28,260 nucleotides of DNA, taken from an uncultured Chloroflexia bacterium (GTDB lineage Bacteria > Chloroflexota > Limnocylindria > Limnocylindrales > CSP1-4). The position numbers and the translations under genes are program-made. The notes beneath the pieces are model-generated. The model was not told where the DNA came from. It saw only the letters and a program-made list of their open reading frames with translations, and made no database searches. Position 1 is the first letter of the stretch. Every line of letters begins with the position of its first letter. Of this stretch, positions 11,685 to 20,408 are shown one piece after another. The DNA lies in NCBI GenBank assembly GCA_963749705.1, contig CAVVNQ010000020.1, positions 1-28,260 of the forward strand, in the 5' to 3' direction.

Positions 11685-13700
11685 TTAGAACGCGTCGAAG
11701 GTGAGGCCCTTGGCCTCGCGCTCGTGGATCACCTCGGCGCGGAGGTGGGTGCGGATCCGCCCGAACAGGGCCCGGGCAAGGTCATCGAGCTCGTTGTCGG
11801 AGTGGCCCTGCGGGCCGCTCTCGACGGGGGGCGCGGCGCCTTCGACGCGCTGGACGATCGGCGTCGCGGTGATCGCGGCGACGGGTGTCACGCCCGCGCC
11901 GCCGGCGGCCGACGCCTGGACGGTGGGCGCGCCGCCGGGGGTCGATGGGTCGGCGACGATCCGCGCAACCACCGGCGCGCCGGAGCTGCCGCTCGCGTGC
12001 GACGACGCGGCCGCCTGGGTTGCGGCAACCGAGCGCGCGAGCGTCAGGGGCCGGACCGGGACCGGTGCCCCCGCGCGCGAGGCGGGACGCGGTGGGAGGT
12101 TCGAGCCGGACGCCGGTGACGAGATGGCCGGCGGCCTGACGCTCGACCACTGGACCGGCGCGGCCGCCGGCGGGCCGGCATCGGGCGACGAAGGGTGGAT
12201 GTCGGCCGCGGCGTCCCGTGGCGGGAACACGATCTCGCTCGGGAAGGCCGCGAGGTCGGGCGCGCCGGGTCCGGACGCGCCGGATCCGGGCGCGGTCGCG
12301 CCCAGCGCCGTGAGCTGGACGCCGGGCTGGCCGACATGGGTATCGCCCACCGACCGCGACACGACCGTGGCCGGGAGCGTATCGCCGAGGCCCCAGCGCG
12401 CAGCGACCGGCGCCGCGCGAGCATCGCCGGACACGGACGGGTTGTCCGTGCTCGCGGTCGATCCGCCATCGGCGGTCCGCTGGGCCGGGATGCTGGGGCG
12501 GAGCGGGCGGAATCCCATCGTCGGCCGCGTGGTCATGCGCTTGGCTGCGTCAGCGCCGCCGACGCCGGCGGATGGGTTGACGGCGGACGGCGCGGACGCC
12601 GGCGAGGATGCGGCTCGGGACGGTGACGGCGCGGACGCCGGCGTCGACCCCTGCGCGGGCTCGGATGCCCGATCAGCGTGCCGGCGTGCCACGGGGAGGA
12701 TCGGCAGGCTGGAAGCTCGTGGCCGGGGGCCGGGCGCCTCCGGGCCTGCGGCGCCCGTCGATTGCGCTCTGGCCGCGGCGCGCGCCTCGTCCGCCGCGGC
12801 CGCGGAGGTGTGCGGGCGGACCGGTGTTCGCATCGGCAGGCGCTGGGCGACCTCGGGTGTCGGTGGGGCTGCAATCGGCGCCCCCAGACCCGGGCGACGA
12901 GCCGGCAGGGACCCCGCGTCGGCGACGCCCGCGCGGTCGCGGGCGTTCCACGGCTCGCTGGCCCCACGCCGCGGCCCGAGCGGCAGCCCGGGGCCGGCGG
13001 CGGCCGTGCCGCTCGTGCCGGTCGAGGACGACGCCTCGCCCCATCGGGCGTCCGCCGGCGTGCTCAAGGCGGGTGACGCGGCGGCGGCCGCCGAGGACGG
13101 GGTGGGGCCGGCGGCGCTGCGGGAGACGACCGGCCGGCCCGCGGGCGCGAGCGTCGTCGCCCGGGTGAGCGGCCGGGCGGGAGGGGTCGCGACGGCGCTC
13201 GGCGATACCGCCGCGACGTGGCGGACGGGCACCGGATCGGCCTCGGGCGGCGACGCCGTCGAGCCGGCTCCGGGCACGGATGCTGGCTCCGGCCAGGCCG
13301 CCGTCGCGTCCGCGGCCTGGCCGCGGCGGGCTGTTGCCCTGTGCTGGACAGGCGGCATCGGCGTCCCCGAGGTCAGGCTGGGGACCGGGTACGAATGCGC
13401 CACGACCAGGCCCGGCGGCCCGGACGGCCCGGCATCGTGACCCAGCGGCTGGAGCATCGGGGGCATCGGGCGATGGCCCGGGACGTCATCGAGGAACGGC
13501 GCGCTCGGCGCCACGAGCGGCGCCGCGCCCACCGTCCGCTGGATGGGGGGCAGCGCTGCCCATGCGCGGGTTGGCGTGCTGGTTGAAGGACCGGAATCGA
13601 CCGGGCGCACACCCGCGGCGCCGGCCTCCGTTGCGGCAGAGGACGGCCCCTCGGACGGCGACCTGCGGCCGAACGGCCAGGGCAGGCGCACGGAGCTCAC
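11685..13700 (-). CDS. Long low-complexity Ala/Pro/Ser-rich CIS protein (tape-measure/cargo candidate), 671 aa
   Basis: GTG at 13700 overlaps the upstream stop (GTGA). N-terminal block WAALPPIQR...LGH...PPGLV and C-terminal helix ELDDLARALFGRIRTHLRAEVIHERE resemble those of the equivalent actinobacterial CIS gene. The middle looks disordered. Confidence 0.75.
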   Translation of the reverse strand: MSSVRLPWPFGRRSPSEGPSSAATEAGAAGVRPVDSGPSTSTPTRAWAALPPIQRTVGAAPLVAPSAPFLDDVPGHRPMPPMLQPLGHDAGPSGPPGLVVAHSYPVPSLTSGTPMPPVQHRATARRGQAADATAAWPEPASVPGAGSTASPPEADPVPVRHVAAVSPSAVATPPARPLTRATTLAPAGRPVVSRSAAGPTPSSAAAAASPALSTPADARWGEASSSTGTSGTAAAGPGLPLGPRRGASEPWNARDRAGVADAGSLPARRPGLGAPIAAPPTPEVAQRLPMRTPVRPHTSAAAADEARAAARAQSTGAAGPEAPGPRPRASSLPILPVARRHADRASEPAQGSTPASAPSPSRAASSPASAPSAVNPSAGVGGADAAKRMTTRPTMGFRPLRPSIPAQRTADGGSTASTDNPSVSGDARAAPVAARWGLGDTLPATVVSRSVGDTHVGQPGVQLTALGATAPGSGASGPGAPDLAAFPSEIVFPPRDAAADIHPSSPDAGPPAAAPVQWSSVRPPAISSPASGSNLPPRPASRAGAPVPVRPLTLARSVAATQAAASSHASGSSGAPVVARIVADPSTPGGAPTVQASAAGGAGVTPVAAITATPIVQRVEGAAPPVESGPQGHSDNELDDLARALFGRIRTHLRAEVIHEREAKGLTFDAF

Positions 13701-13855
13701 TCGTCCTCGGTCAGTCGCTTGTTGATGCGGCCGATCTCCTCGACGAACCGGAGCCGGAGGGGGTGCTCGAGGTCGAGGATGGTGTCCATCGGCCAATGGA
13801 AGTGATAGGCGACGTACGCGACCTCCTCGTACAGGCGGTCGGTCGCGTACGTCAC
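13697..13855 (-). CDS. DUF6760-like small protein (52 aa; absent from the ORF track)
   Basis: Hand translation: MTYATDRLYEEVAYVAYHFHWPMDTILDLEHPLRLRFVEEIGRINKRLTEDE*. GTGA overlaps with both neighbours. Confidence 0.9.
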   Translation of the reverse strand: MTYATDRLYEEVAYVAYHFHWPMDTILDLEHPLRLRFVEEIGRINKRLTEDE

Positions 13856-14238
13856 GATTCCCCCAGGCGTTGCTCACCCGCCACGTCAACTGCGAACGCG
13901 TGATTGCACGCGGGACAGGTGACCGAGGCCTGGGTGTGGCCCTCCTGGTTGATCCTCCGGTAGAGGTCCTGGAGGAACGCGAGATCCGAGGCGAACAGGC
14001 CTTCGATGACGCCGGTGTGCACCTGCGGCAGCGTGCCGAGCCTGGTGATCACCCGCGACAGGAGCAGGACCGTGAGGTACGCCTCGTTGTCCCGGACCCT
14101 CGGGTCTCGCTGCGGCGAGATCTCGTCGCGGGCCGTCGCCAGGCGCATGACGCCCTCGCGATGGACCACGCCGGACCCGTCCACGAAGCCGCGGGGGAGC
14201 ACGAAGGCGTACTCGGTGCGCAGGGCATCCGATGCCAT
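13852..14238 (-). CDS. Tail assembly chaperone-like CIS protein with C-terminal CxxC
   Basis: LRTEYAFVLPRGFVD...HREGVMRLATARDEI...LFASDLAFLQDLYRRIN...VTCPACNH...RLGES. ATG 14238 has a GGGAG RBS; an alternative ATG lies at 14286. Confidence 0.85.
   Translation of the reverse strand: MASDALRTEYAFVLPRGFVDGSGVVHREGVMRLATARDEISPQRDPRVRDNEAYLTVLLLSRVITRLGTLPQVHTGVIEGLFASDLAFLQDLYRRINQEGHTQASVTCPACNHAFAVDVAGEQRLGES
13858..13864 (-). other. Candidate programmed -1 ribosomal frameshift site GGGGGAA
   Basis: Minus strand reads CTG GGG GAA TCG TGA. The -1 frame GGA ATC GTG ACG TAC continues directly into the DUF6760-like ORF. Confidence 0.6.
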
Positions 14239-14293
14239 CGCGCTCCCGCGCTCGGTCGGGATGTCGGGCAGGGCCGCGGCCGTCATCGAGAGC

Positions 14294-14728
14294 CTAGCCC
14301 TTTTCCAGGGTCTCGCAGGCCAGGGTCGCCTCTTCGATCTGGACGCCGCTCGTGGTGGCGCCACCCTCGGACAGGCTGAGCTTGGAGACCATCGCGTTGC
14401 CGAAGTTGTAGCGCAGGATCTCCTCGCCCATCGTGTTCATCATCACCACCGAGCCGTTCCGGCGGTCGGGCGTGCCCTGCATGATCGCCAGGTGCCAGTC
14501 CCACAGCTCCTTCGCGCCCGTGAGGCCGCGCTTGAGCGTGATCGTGGGCGTCTTGGGCTTGCCCGGCAGCTTGCCGATGTACACCTTGCCCTGCTCGGTG
14601 ACGTACGGGTTGTCGACGATCTCCACCTCGCTCGAGACTCCCGAGACCGAGTTGAAGTTCGCGACGACGCCGACGCCGTCGAGGTCGAGCAGCACGTTCC
14701 CTTGCAGAAGGGGATCGGTTGTGGGCAT
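14294..14728 (-). CDS. Major tail tube protein, T4 gp19 family (Afp1-like)
   Basis: DPL...FNSVSGVSSEVEIV...KLPGKPKTPTITLKRG...LWDWH...RRNGSVVMM...IEEATLACE. GGAGG RBS; directly downstream of the sheath gene. Confidence 0.94.
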   Translation of the reverse strand: MPTTDPLLQGNVLLDLDGVGVVANFNSVSGVSSEVEIVDNPYVTEQGKVYIGKLPGKPKTPTITLKRGLTGAKELWDWHLAIMQGTPDRRNGSVVMMNTMGEEILRYNFGNAMVSKLSLSEGGATTSGVQIEEATLACETLEKG

Positions 14729-14764
14729 GTGTGCCTCCGTGGGGTCGCGTCAGGGGGTGGTTGG

Positions 14765-16276
14765 CTACTCGGCGTCGGGTGAGCCGGAGAACTGTGCGAT
14801 CCGGAACACGACGAACTCGGCCGGCTTCACGGGGGCGATCCCGATGTCGACGATCAGCTGGCCCGCGTCCCGCACCTCGGGCGGGTTGTTCTCCTCGTCG
14901 CACTTGACGAAGAACGCCTGGTCGGGCGTTGCCCCGAACAGCGCGCCGTCTCGCCACACGCGCAGCAGGAACGCGTTGATCGTGCGCTTGACGCGTCCCC
15001 ACAGCCGCTGGTCGTTGGGCTCGAAGACGACCCACTGGGTGCCTTCGAAGATCGACTCCTCGACGTAGTTGAACAGCCGCCGCACGTTGAGGTAGCGCCA
15101 CGACGGGTCGCTGGAGATCGTCCGTGCGCCCCACACCCGGATGCCCCGACCCGGGAACGCCCGGATGCAGTTGATCCCGTTGGGGTTGAGCTGGTCGTGC
15201 TCGGCCTTGGTCAGGTTGAGCGCCAGGCTGATCGCGCCTCGGACGACCTCGTTGGCGGGCGCCTTGTGGACGCCCCGAGTGTCGTCGTTGCGCGCCCAGA
15301 TGCCGGCCACGTGACCGGACGGCGGCACGAACTTCGCCTGGCCCGAGAGCGGATCGAAGACCTTGATCCACGGCCAGTACAGCGATGCGTACTTGCTGTC
15401 GTAGCCGGCCTTGTCGACCCGCCACTCCTTGACCTGCTGGGCGTTGAGCCCTGGCGGCGCGTCGAGGATCGCGACCCGGTCGCCCATCAGCTCGCAGTGC
15501 GCGATCATCGCGAGCTGGACGGCCTGGAGCCCCTCGAGGTCGATGATGCCCTGCTCGTACACCGCCATCAGGTCGGGCACGCTGAGCATCGTCACCTCGT
15601 CGACCGCCTCCAGCCCGGCGAAGCCGGTCCGGTCGGCCGAGTTGCCCATGTAGTCGTCCGGCGTGACGCGCGCGGGAACCGCGGCGCTGCCCCCGCTCAG
15701 GGTGAGCGACCCGGTGGCCGGGACGGCGAGCGCTCCGACCTCCTCGATCGTGATGGTCTTGGACTGGGCCTTGACCACGGTGGCGACGTTCTGCTTGCCG
15801 CGCGAGGTCGTGACGTTGTCGAAGGTCTCGACGGCCTTGCCCGCCTGCTTGACGACGAGCTTGAACGTGCCCTCGTCCTTCTCGGACGCGGCCTCGACCT
15901 CGACGCTGAGGTCGTTGCCGGCCGGGCCCGCCTCGAGGGCGGCGACGCGGAACGCGGGCTTGCCCTTCTCGGCGGCGCTGGGCAGCTCGGCGGTCGCGAC
16001 GGGCATGACCCCGTCCGCGCCGATGCGCACGACGTAGCAGGCACCGCCTCCGTTGAGGAAGTAGCCGTAGACGGCGTGCGCGAGGTAGGAGCCCTCGACG
16101 AACTCCCCGAACGACTGGGTGAACTGGCTCCAGTTCGTGACCAGGGTCGGCGAGTTGGCCGGCCCCCGAGCGGTCAGTCCGACAAAGGCGGCGACGGCCG
16201 TTCCAACGCCCTCGATGGGACGGGACCCGGCCTCGACCTCCTCGACGTAGACGCCCGGCGAGAGATAGTTCGGCAT
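14765..16276 (-). CDS. Contractile tail sheath protein
   Basis: Starts MPNYLSPGVYVEEV (ATG 16276). Motifs PPSGHVAGIWARND..RGVHKAPANE, GIRVWGART, WRYLNVRRL, WVVFEPND, IAPVKPAEFVVFRI. Confidence 0.97.
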   Translation of the reverse strand: MPNYLSPGVYVEEVEAGSRPIEGVGTAVAAFVGLTARGPANSPTLVTNWSQFTQSFGEFVEGSYLAHAVYGYFLNGGGACYVVRIGADGVMPVATAELPSAAEKGKPAFRVAALEAGPAGNDLSVEVEAASEKDEGTFKLVVKQAGKAVETFDNVTTSRGKQNVATVVKAQSKTITIEEVGALAVPATGSLTLSGGSAAVPARVTPDDYMGNSADRTGFAGLEAVDEVTMLSVPDLMAVYEQGIIDLEGLQAVQLAMIAHCELMGDRVAILDAPPGLNAQQVKEWRVDKAGYDSKYASLYWPWIKVFDPLSGQAKFVPPSGHVAGIWARNDDTRGVHKAPANEVVRGAISLALNLTKAEHDQLNPNGINCIRAFPGRGIRVWGARTISSDPSWRYLNVRRLFNYVEESIFEGTQWVVFEPNDQRLWGRVKRTINAFLLRVWRDGALFGATPDQAFFVKCDEENNPPEVRDAGQLIVDIGIAPVKPAEFVVFRIAQFSGSPDAE

Positions 16277-16461
16277 GCGTGGCCCTTTCGCAGGTTGGGA
16301 TCCCGACAGGTGGACGCTCCCACCGCGACGGCGCCGGAACAAGGCCCGACCGGGCGCGCGCGAGGGCCGGCCCGCGTGCCCGAACGGGCAGCCAACGGTG
16401 CCCCGATGCGTGCCCCCCGACCAGCTGGCCAGCCGGTCGCGCGCGACCGACGATTCGCGCG
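16277..16461. promoter_or_regulatory. Divergent promoter region with palindrome TGCCCGAACGGGCA
   Basis: Palindrome at 16377-16390 and extra TGCCC half-sites at 16399 and 16411. A -10-like GACGAT (16449-16454) sits 7 nt before the DUF4255 ATG, which has no RBS. Confidence 0.55.
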
Positions 16462-17178
16462 ATGATCCACGATGTCGACCAGCTGCTCGAGCGGCTCGTT
16501 CGCCGCGACGCCCTGAACGGGTCCGCGGTCGATCTCGTGTTCGACGCCCCGACCAAGGACTGGGTCGCGCGGCGCAGCGGTCCGGCGGTCGACCTGTACC
16601 TGTACGACATCCGCGAGGACCTCCAGCGGCGCGTGCCGGCCTGGGAGGACGCGCGCGGCGCGAACGGCGAGGTCACCGGCCGCTACCAGCCGCCGCGGCG
16701 GTTCCGACTGGCGTATCTCGTCACCGCCTGGACCCAGCGACCCGAGGACGAGCACCGGCTGCTGTCGTCGCTCCTCCACTGCTTCCTCAAGAACCCGATG
16801 CTCAGGCCGGGCGACCTGGGCGGCTCGCTCGATGACGCGGACCTGCCCGTGTACATCGAGGTCGGGCAGCCGGCGAGCCAGGAACGGTCGCTGGCCGACA
16901 TCTGGTCGGCGCTGGGCGGGGAGCTCAAGCCGTCGCTCGACCTGGTCGTGGTCGCGCCCATCGTCGTCGGCCAGTCCGCGCCCTACGGACCTCCGGTCCA
17001 GACCGGTCCGACGATCGGCCTCGCCGCCGGCGGAGCCGAGGAGACGCGAACCGGTCGGCGTGGCCGGCGGGCAGACCAGCCGCCGCTGGAGCCGCTGCCC
17101 GAGGAGACGGTCCCGCGTGGACCGGACAAGGACCGGCGCGGGCTGACGCTCCGGGTCAGCGGTCACCGGCGATCATGA
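16462..17178 (+). CDS. DUF4255 / Pvc16 (Afp16) cap, tail-terminator protein
   Basis: MIHDVDQLL...VFDAPTKDW...LYLYDIREDLQRR...LAYLVTAW..RPEDEHRLLS...IWSALGGELKPSLDLVV. Confidence 0.92.
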   Translation: MIHDVDQLLERLVRRDALNGSAVDLVFDAPTKDWVARRSGPAVDLYLYDIREDLQRRVPAWEDARGANGEVTGRYQPPRRFRLAYLVTAWTQRPEDEHRLLSSLLHCFLKNPMLRPGDLGGSLDDADLPVYIEVGQPASQERSLADIWSALGGELKPSLDLVVVAPIVVGQSAPYGPPVQTGPTIGLAAGGAEETRTGRRGRRADQPPLEPLPEETVPRGPDKDRRGLTLRVSGHRRS

Positions 17179-19289
17179 GCGCGGGCGCCGACGTCACGGG
17201 ACGGCCGGCGAGCCCGACCGGGGACGCATCGCTCGGGTATCTGCGGGCGCGGCTCGGCCTCGTCGAGGCGCGGGTCCGCGCAGCGGTGGCCCGCCGGCGT
17301 GCGTCGGATGCGGACCCCGATGACCGATTCCGCGGCCTGTACATCTCAGAAGCCCAGGTCGACGCCCTCCTCGCGGGTCCGGAGGCACGCCTCGTCCCGG
17401 AGCCCGCCGACGTCGCCGCCGCCGCGCAGCTCGTCGAGCTGGACTCACAGGCGGCCGAGGCCGAGCGCGGCGGCAGCCCGATCCGGCTTCGGCAGCTGGT
17501 CACGACGCACCGCCTGGAGCCGATCGACCTGGAGCTGCTGCTGGTGGCGCTCGCACCGGACCTCGACCCCCGGTTCGAGCGCCTGTACGGATACCTCCAC
17601 GACGACGTCTCGCGACGCCGTGCGAGCGTCGGTCTCGCGCTCGAGCTGTGCGGCGGAGGGGTCAGCCCCGGCGCCAGCCCCGCCCGGAGCCGCCTCGGGC
17701 CGCTCGCGCCCCTGGTCGCGGGCGGGCTGCTGATCGTCGAGGACGCGGACCGGCCATCGCTCACCCGTTCGCTGCGCGTGCCGGACCGCGTGACGGCGCA
17801 CCTGCTGGGCGACGACGCCCCGGACCCCATGGTCGAGGCGCTGCTCGCGGAATCGCTGGTCGTCGACCTGGGCAGCGTCGAGGATGTCGCCCGGGGGCTG
17901 CGCGCGGGCGTCTCGCTGGTGTACCTGCGCGAGCGCCCCGGGGCATCCGGTGGATCCCTGGCGCGCACGGCGCTCGATCGGGTCGGCAGGCAGGCGATCG
18001 AGCTCGACCTGACCCGCATGGGCTCGGACGCGGACCCGCGCGCGGTCGCCGCCGCCGCCTCGCGTGAGGCGCGCCTTCGCGACGCGGGGCTGGTCGTCGG
18101 CCCGCTCGAGTCGCTTGCCGAGCGTGGCCCGTGGGCGGTGCGGGCGTTCGCCGAGCAGCCCGGCGTGGTCGTTCTCGTCGGTAACCGCGAATGGGATCCC
18201 GCCTGGGCCCGGGAGTCGCCGCTCGTGCTCGACGCGCCGGTCGCCTCGGTGGCACAGCGCCACGAGCTGTGGACCGACTCGCTCAACGGCGATGCGCCGG
18301 CTGGCTTCGACCCGGCGGTCGCGACGCTCGCGTTCCGTCTCGGTCCCGAGCAGATCGCGCGGGCCGCCGCGGCCGCCCGCCGGATCGCATCGGCCGAGGG
18401 CCGGCCGATGACGGTCGCGGACGTGGCCGCCGGCGCTCGCGCCCAGAATGCCGCCGGCCTCGAGCGCCTCGCCCGGCGGATCGTGCCGACGGTCAGCTGG
18501 GACGACCTGATCCTGCCGGCTGCGGTCGAGACCCAGGTGCGCGAGCTGACGGCCCGGGTCCGCCACCGGGACCGCGTGGTGGGGGAGTGGCGGATGGGGA
18601 CCAAGGGCGCCCGGGGCCTGGGCGTGACCGCGCTGTTCGCCGGCGAGTCGGGCACGGGCAAGACGATGTCGGCCGAGGTGCTGGCGGGCGACCTCGGGTT
18701 CGACGTCTACGTCATCGACCTTTCGACCGTCGTCGACAAGTACATCGGCGAGACGGAGAAGAACCTCGACCGGATCTTCACCGAGGCGGACCGGGTCAAC
18801 GGCATCCTCCTGTTCGACGAGGCGGATGCGCTGTTCGGCAAGCGGTCCGAGGTGAAGGACGCGCGTGACCGGTACGCGAACGTCGAGGTTGCGTATCTGC
18901 TCCAGCGGATGGAGCGGTTCGACGGCCTGGCGATCCTGACGACCAATCTGCGCGCGAACGTGGACGAGGCGTTCGTCCGGCGCCTGGACGCGATCATCGA
19001 CTTCCCGATGCCCGAGGAGGACCACCGCCGCCTGCTGTGGGCGAGCAACCTGTCCTCGACCCTGCCGGTGGTGCCGGGGATCGACCTCGACTTCCTGGCC
19101 CGCCGGTTCCGGATCTCCGGCGGCAACATCCGGAACATCGCGGTCACGGCCGCCTACCTGGCCGCGGCCGACAGTCGCGAGGTCGGCATGTCCGACCTGG
19201 TGCGCGCCACCGAGCGCGAGTACCGCAAGCTGGGCCGGCTGACCGTCGAGGCCGAGTTCGGCGAGTACATGGACCTGGTCAACGGCTGA
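17175..19289 (+). CDS. AAA+ ATPase (Afp15/Pvc15-like)
   Basis: Walker A GESGTGKT, Walker B LLFDEAD, VVDKYIGETEKNL and AILTTN...AFVRRL. N-terminal DLDPRFERLYGYLHDD. ATGA overlap with DUF4255. Confidence 0.95.
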   Translation: MSAGADVTGRPASPTGDASLGYLRARLGLVEARVRAAVARRRASDADPDDRFRGLYISEAQVDALLAGPEARLVPEPADVAAAAQLVELDSQAAEAERGGSPIRLRQLVTTHRLEPIDLELLLVALAPDLDPRFERLYGYLHDDVSRRRASVGLALELCGGGVSPGASPARSRLGPLAPLVAGGLLIVEDADRPSLTRSLRVPDRVTAHLLGDDAPDPMVEALLAESLVVDLGSVEDVARGLRAGVSLVYLRERPGASGGSLARTALDRVGRQAIELDLTRMGSDADPRAVAAAASREARLRDAGLVVGPLESLAERGPWAVRAFAEQPGVVVLVGNREWDPAWARESPLVLDAPVASVAQRHELWTDSLNGDAPAGFDPAVATLAFRLGPEQIARAAAAARRIASAEGRPMTVADVAAGARAQNAAGLERLARRIVPTVSWDDLILPAAVETQVRELTARVRHRDRVVGEWRMGTKGARGLGVTALFAGESGTGKTMSAEVLAGDLGFDVYVIDLSTVVDKYIGETEKNLDRIFTEADRVNGILLFDEADALFGKRSEVKDARDRYANVEVAYLLQRMERFDGLAILTTNLRANVDEAFVRRLDAIIDFPMPEEDHRRLLWASNLSSTLPVVPGIDLDFLARRFRISGGNIRNIAVTAAYLAAADSREVGMSDLVRATEREYRKLGRLTVEAEFGEYMDLVNG

Positions 19290-19344
19290 CGTCTCGCGGG
19301 CGGCGGCCGTCATTCTGCGCCCGCGGGGGCGGCTGACCTGCCCG

Positions 19345-19358
19345 TGCCCGTTGGGGCA
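19345..19358. promoter_or_regulatory. TGCCC-N4-GGGCA palindrome upstream of the DUF4157 gene
   Basis: TGCCCGTTGGGGCA, with additional half-sites at 19339 and 19382. Confidence 0.5.
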
Positions 19359-19441
19359 GACTTCCGGGCGGTCCCGGATGCGGGCATTGCGGACGTCGCG
19401 GCAGTGGGGGATCCTGTCGCCAAGGCACAGGAGGATCCGTC

Positions 19442-20149
19442 ATGCGCGACTTCGAGCTTGAACCGCCGGCGCACCGCACGCGCCGACCAGATCGCGAGGC
19501 GGTGGCGCCCGACGTGGCGAGCGGCGCCGCGACGGCCCCCGGCGTGTCGCCCGCCCTCAACGCAGCGTCCGTGATGCGCCTGCAGCGCACGGCGGGCAAC
19601 GCGGGCGTCGTCCAGATGCTGTCGGCCGACGATGAGCAGGCATCCCCGGTCCACGATGTCGTGGGCTCCGGCGGTGGGTCGCCGCTCGACACCCAGACCA
19701 GGACGACGATGGAGGCAGCGTTCGGCACGTCGTTCGAGGGTGTGCACGTCCATACCGACGAGCGCGCCTCCAAGTCGGCGGAGTCCGTCGGCGCCAACGC
19801 GTACACCGTCGGCAGCGACGTCGTGTTCCGCGCCGGGCAATACGACCCGGGCTCGGCCGCCGGGCAGCGGACGATCGCGCACGAGCTCGCGCACGTCGTC
19901 CAGCAGCAGCAGGGCCCGGTGGACGGGACGGATGCGCCCGGCGGGATCCGCGTGAGCGACCCGTCCGACCGGTTCGAGCGCGCCGCCGAGCAGACCGCGG
20001 ACCAGGTGACGTCGGCCGCCCGGGCCCCGCAGGCCTCGACGCCTGCACCCGCGGCCACAGCCGGCGCCGTCGCCCAGCTCGACGAGGATCCGACGGCGCC
20101 GCCCATGGTGCAGCGCGAAGACCCGGAAGAGGAGGAGCTGCAGGCCTGA
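19442..20149 (+). CDS. DUF4157 (eCIS core) domain protein with HExxH motif
   Basis: LQRTAGNAGV; GSPLD..TRTTMEAAFGTSFEGVHVHTD...ANAYTVGSDVVF...IAHELAHVVQQ; VSDPSDRFERAAE. AGGAGG RBS. Confidence 0.93.
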   Translation: MRDFELEPPAHRTRRPDREAVAPDVASGAATAPGVSPALNAASVMRLQRTAGNAGVVQMLSADDEQASPVHDVVGSGGGSPLDTQTRTTMEAAFGTSFEGVHVHTDERASKSAESVGANAYTVGSDVVFRAGQYDPGSAAGQRTIAHELAHVVQQQQGPVDGTDAPGGIRVSDPSDRFERAAEQTADQVTSAARAPQASTPAPAATAGAVAQLDEDPTAPPMVQREDPEEEELQA

Positions 20150-20408
20150 GCTGCGCCGCGGTGCAGCTGGGCCGCGAAGGCTGATCCGCGCGGCGCCTGC
20201 CTCCGACCACCGCAAGGTCGCGTCCGCTTACAGCTCGAAGGGGAGCGCTTTCGGGCTCCTGCCTTCCCTGCGCACCGGTACTTCTGGCTGATCGCGCCTT
20301 GCCATCCGGCCCGTCGGACCGCGCCGAGGCCACCGATATACTCGGATTCACGTTCCACCTTCGGTCGCGTCCCGTCGTCATCGCCGCGCTCATGCCCAGG
20401 AGGCATTG

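Noticed and set aside
16277-16461. Extended N-termini given by the ORF track for the sheath (16342) and DUF4255 (16279); likewise LuxR (23165), COG1470 (22732) and the low-complexity protein (13889)
   Set aside because: Family-typical N-termini and RBS or -10 positions support the shorter starts. The extensions overlap promoters or neighbouring genes.
20150-20400. Possible riboswitch or ncRNA upstream of the FN3/CWB2 gene (small hairpins such as GGAGC...GCTCC and ACC-GCAA-GGT)
   Set aside because: I could not match c-di-GMP, c-di-AMP or other consensus motifs by eye. An Rfam/Infernal scan would be needed, and it may simply be a terminator.
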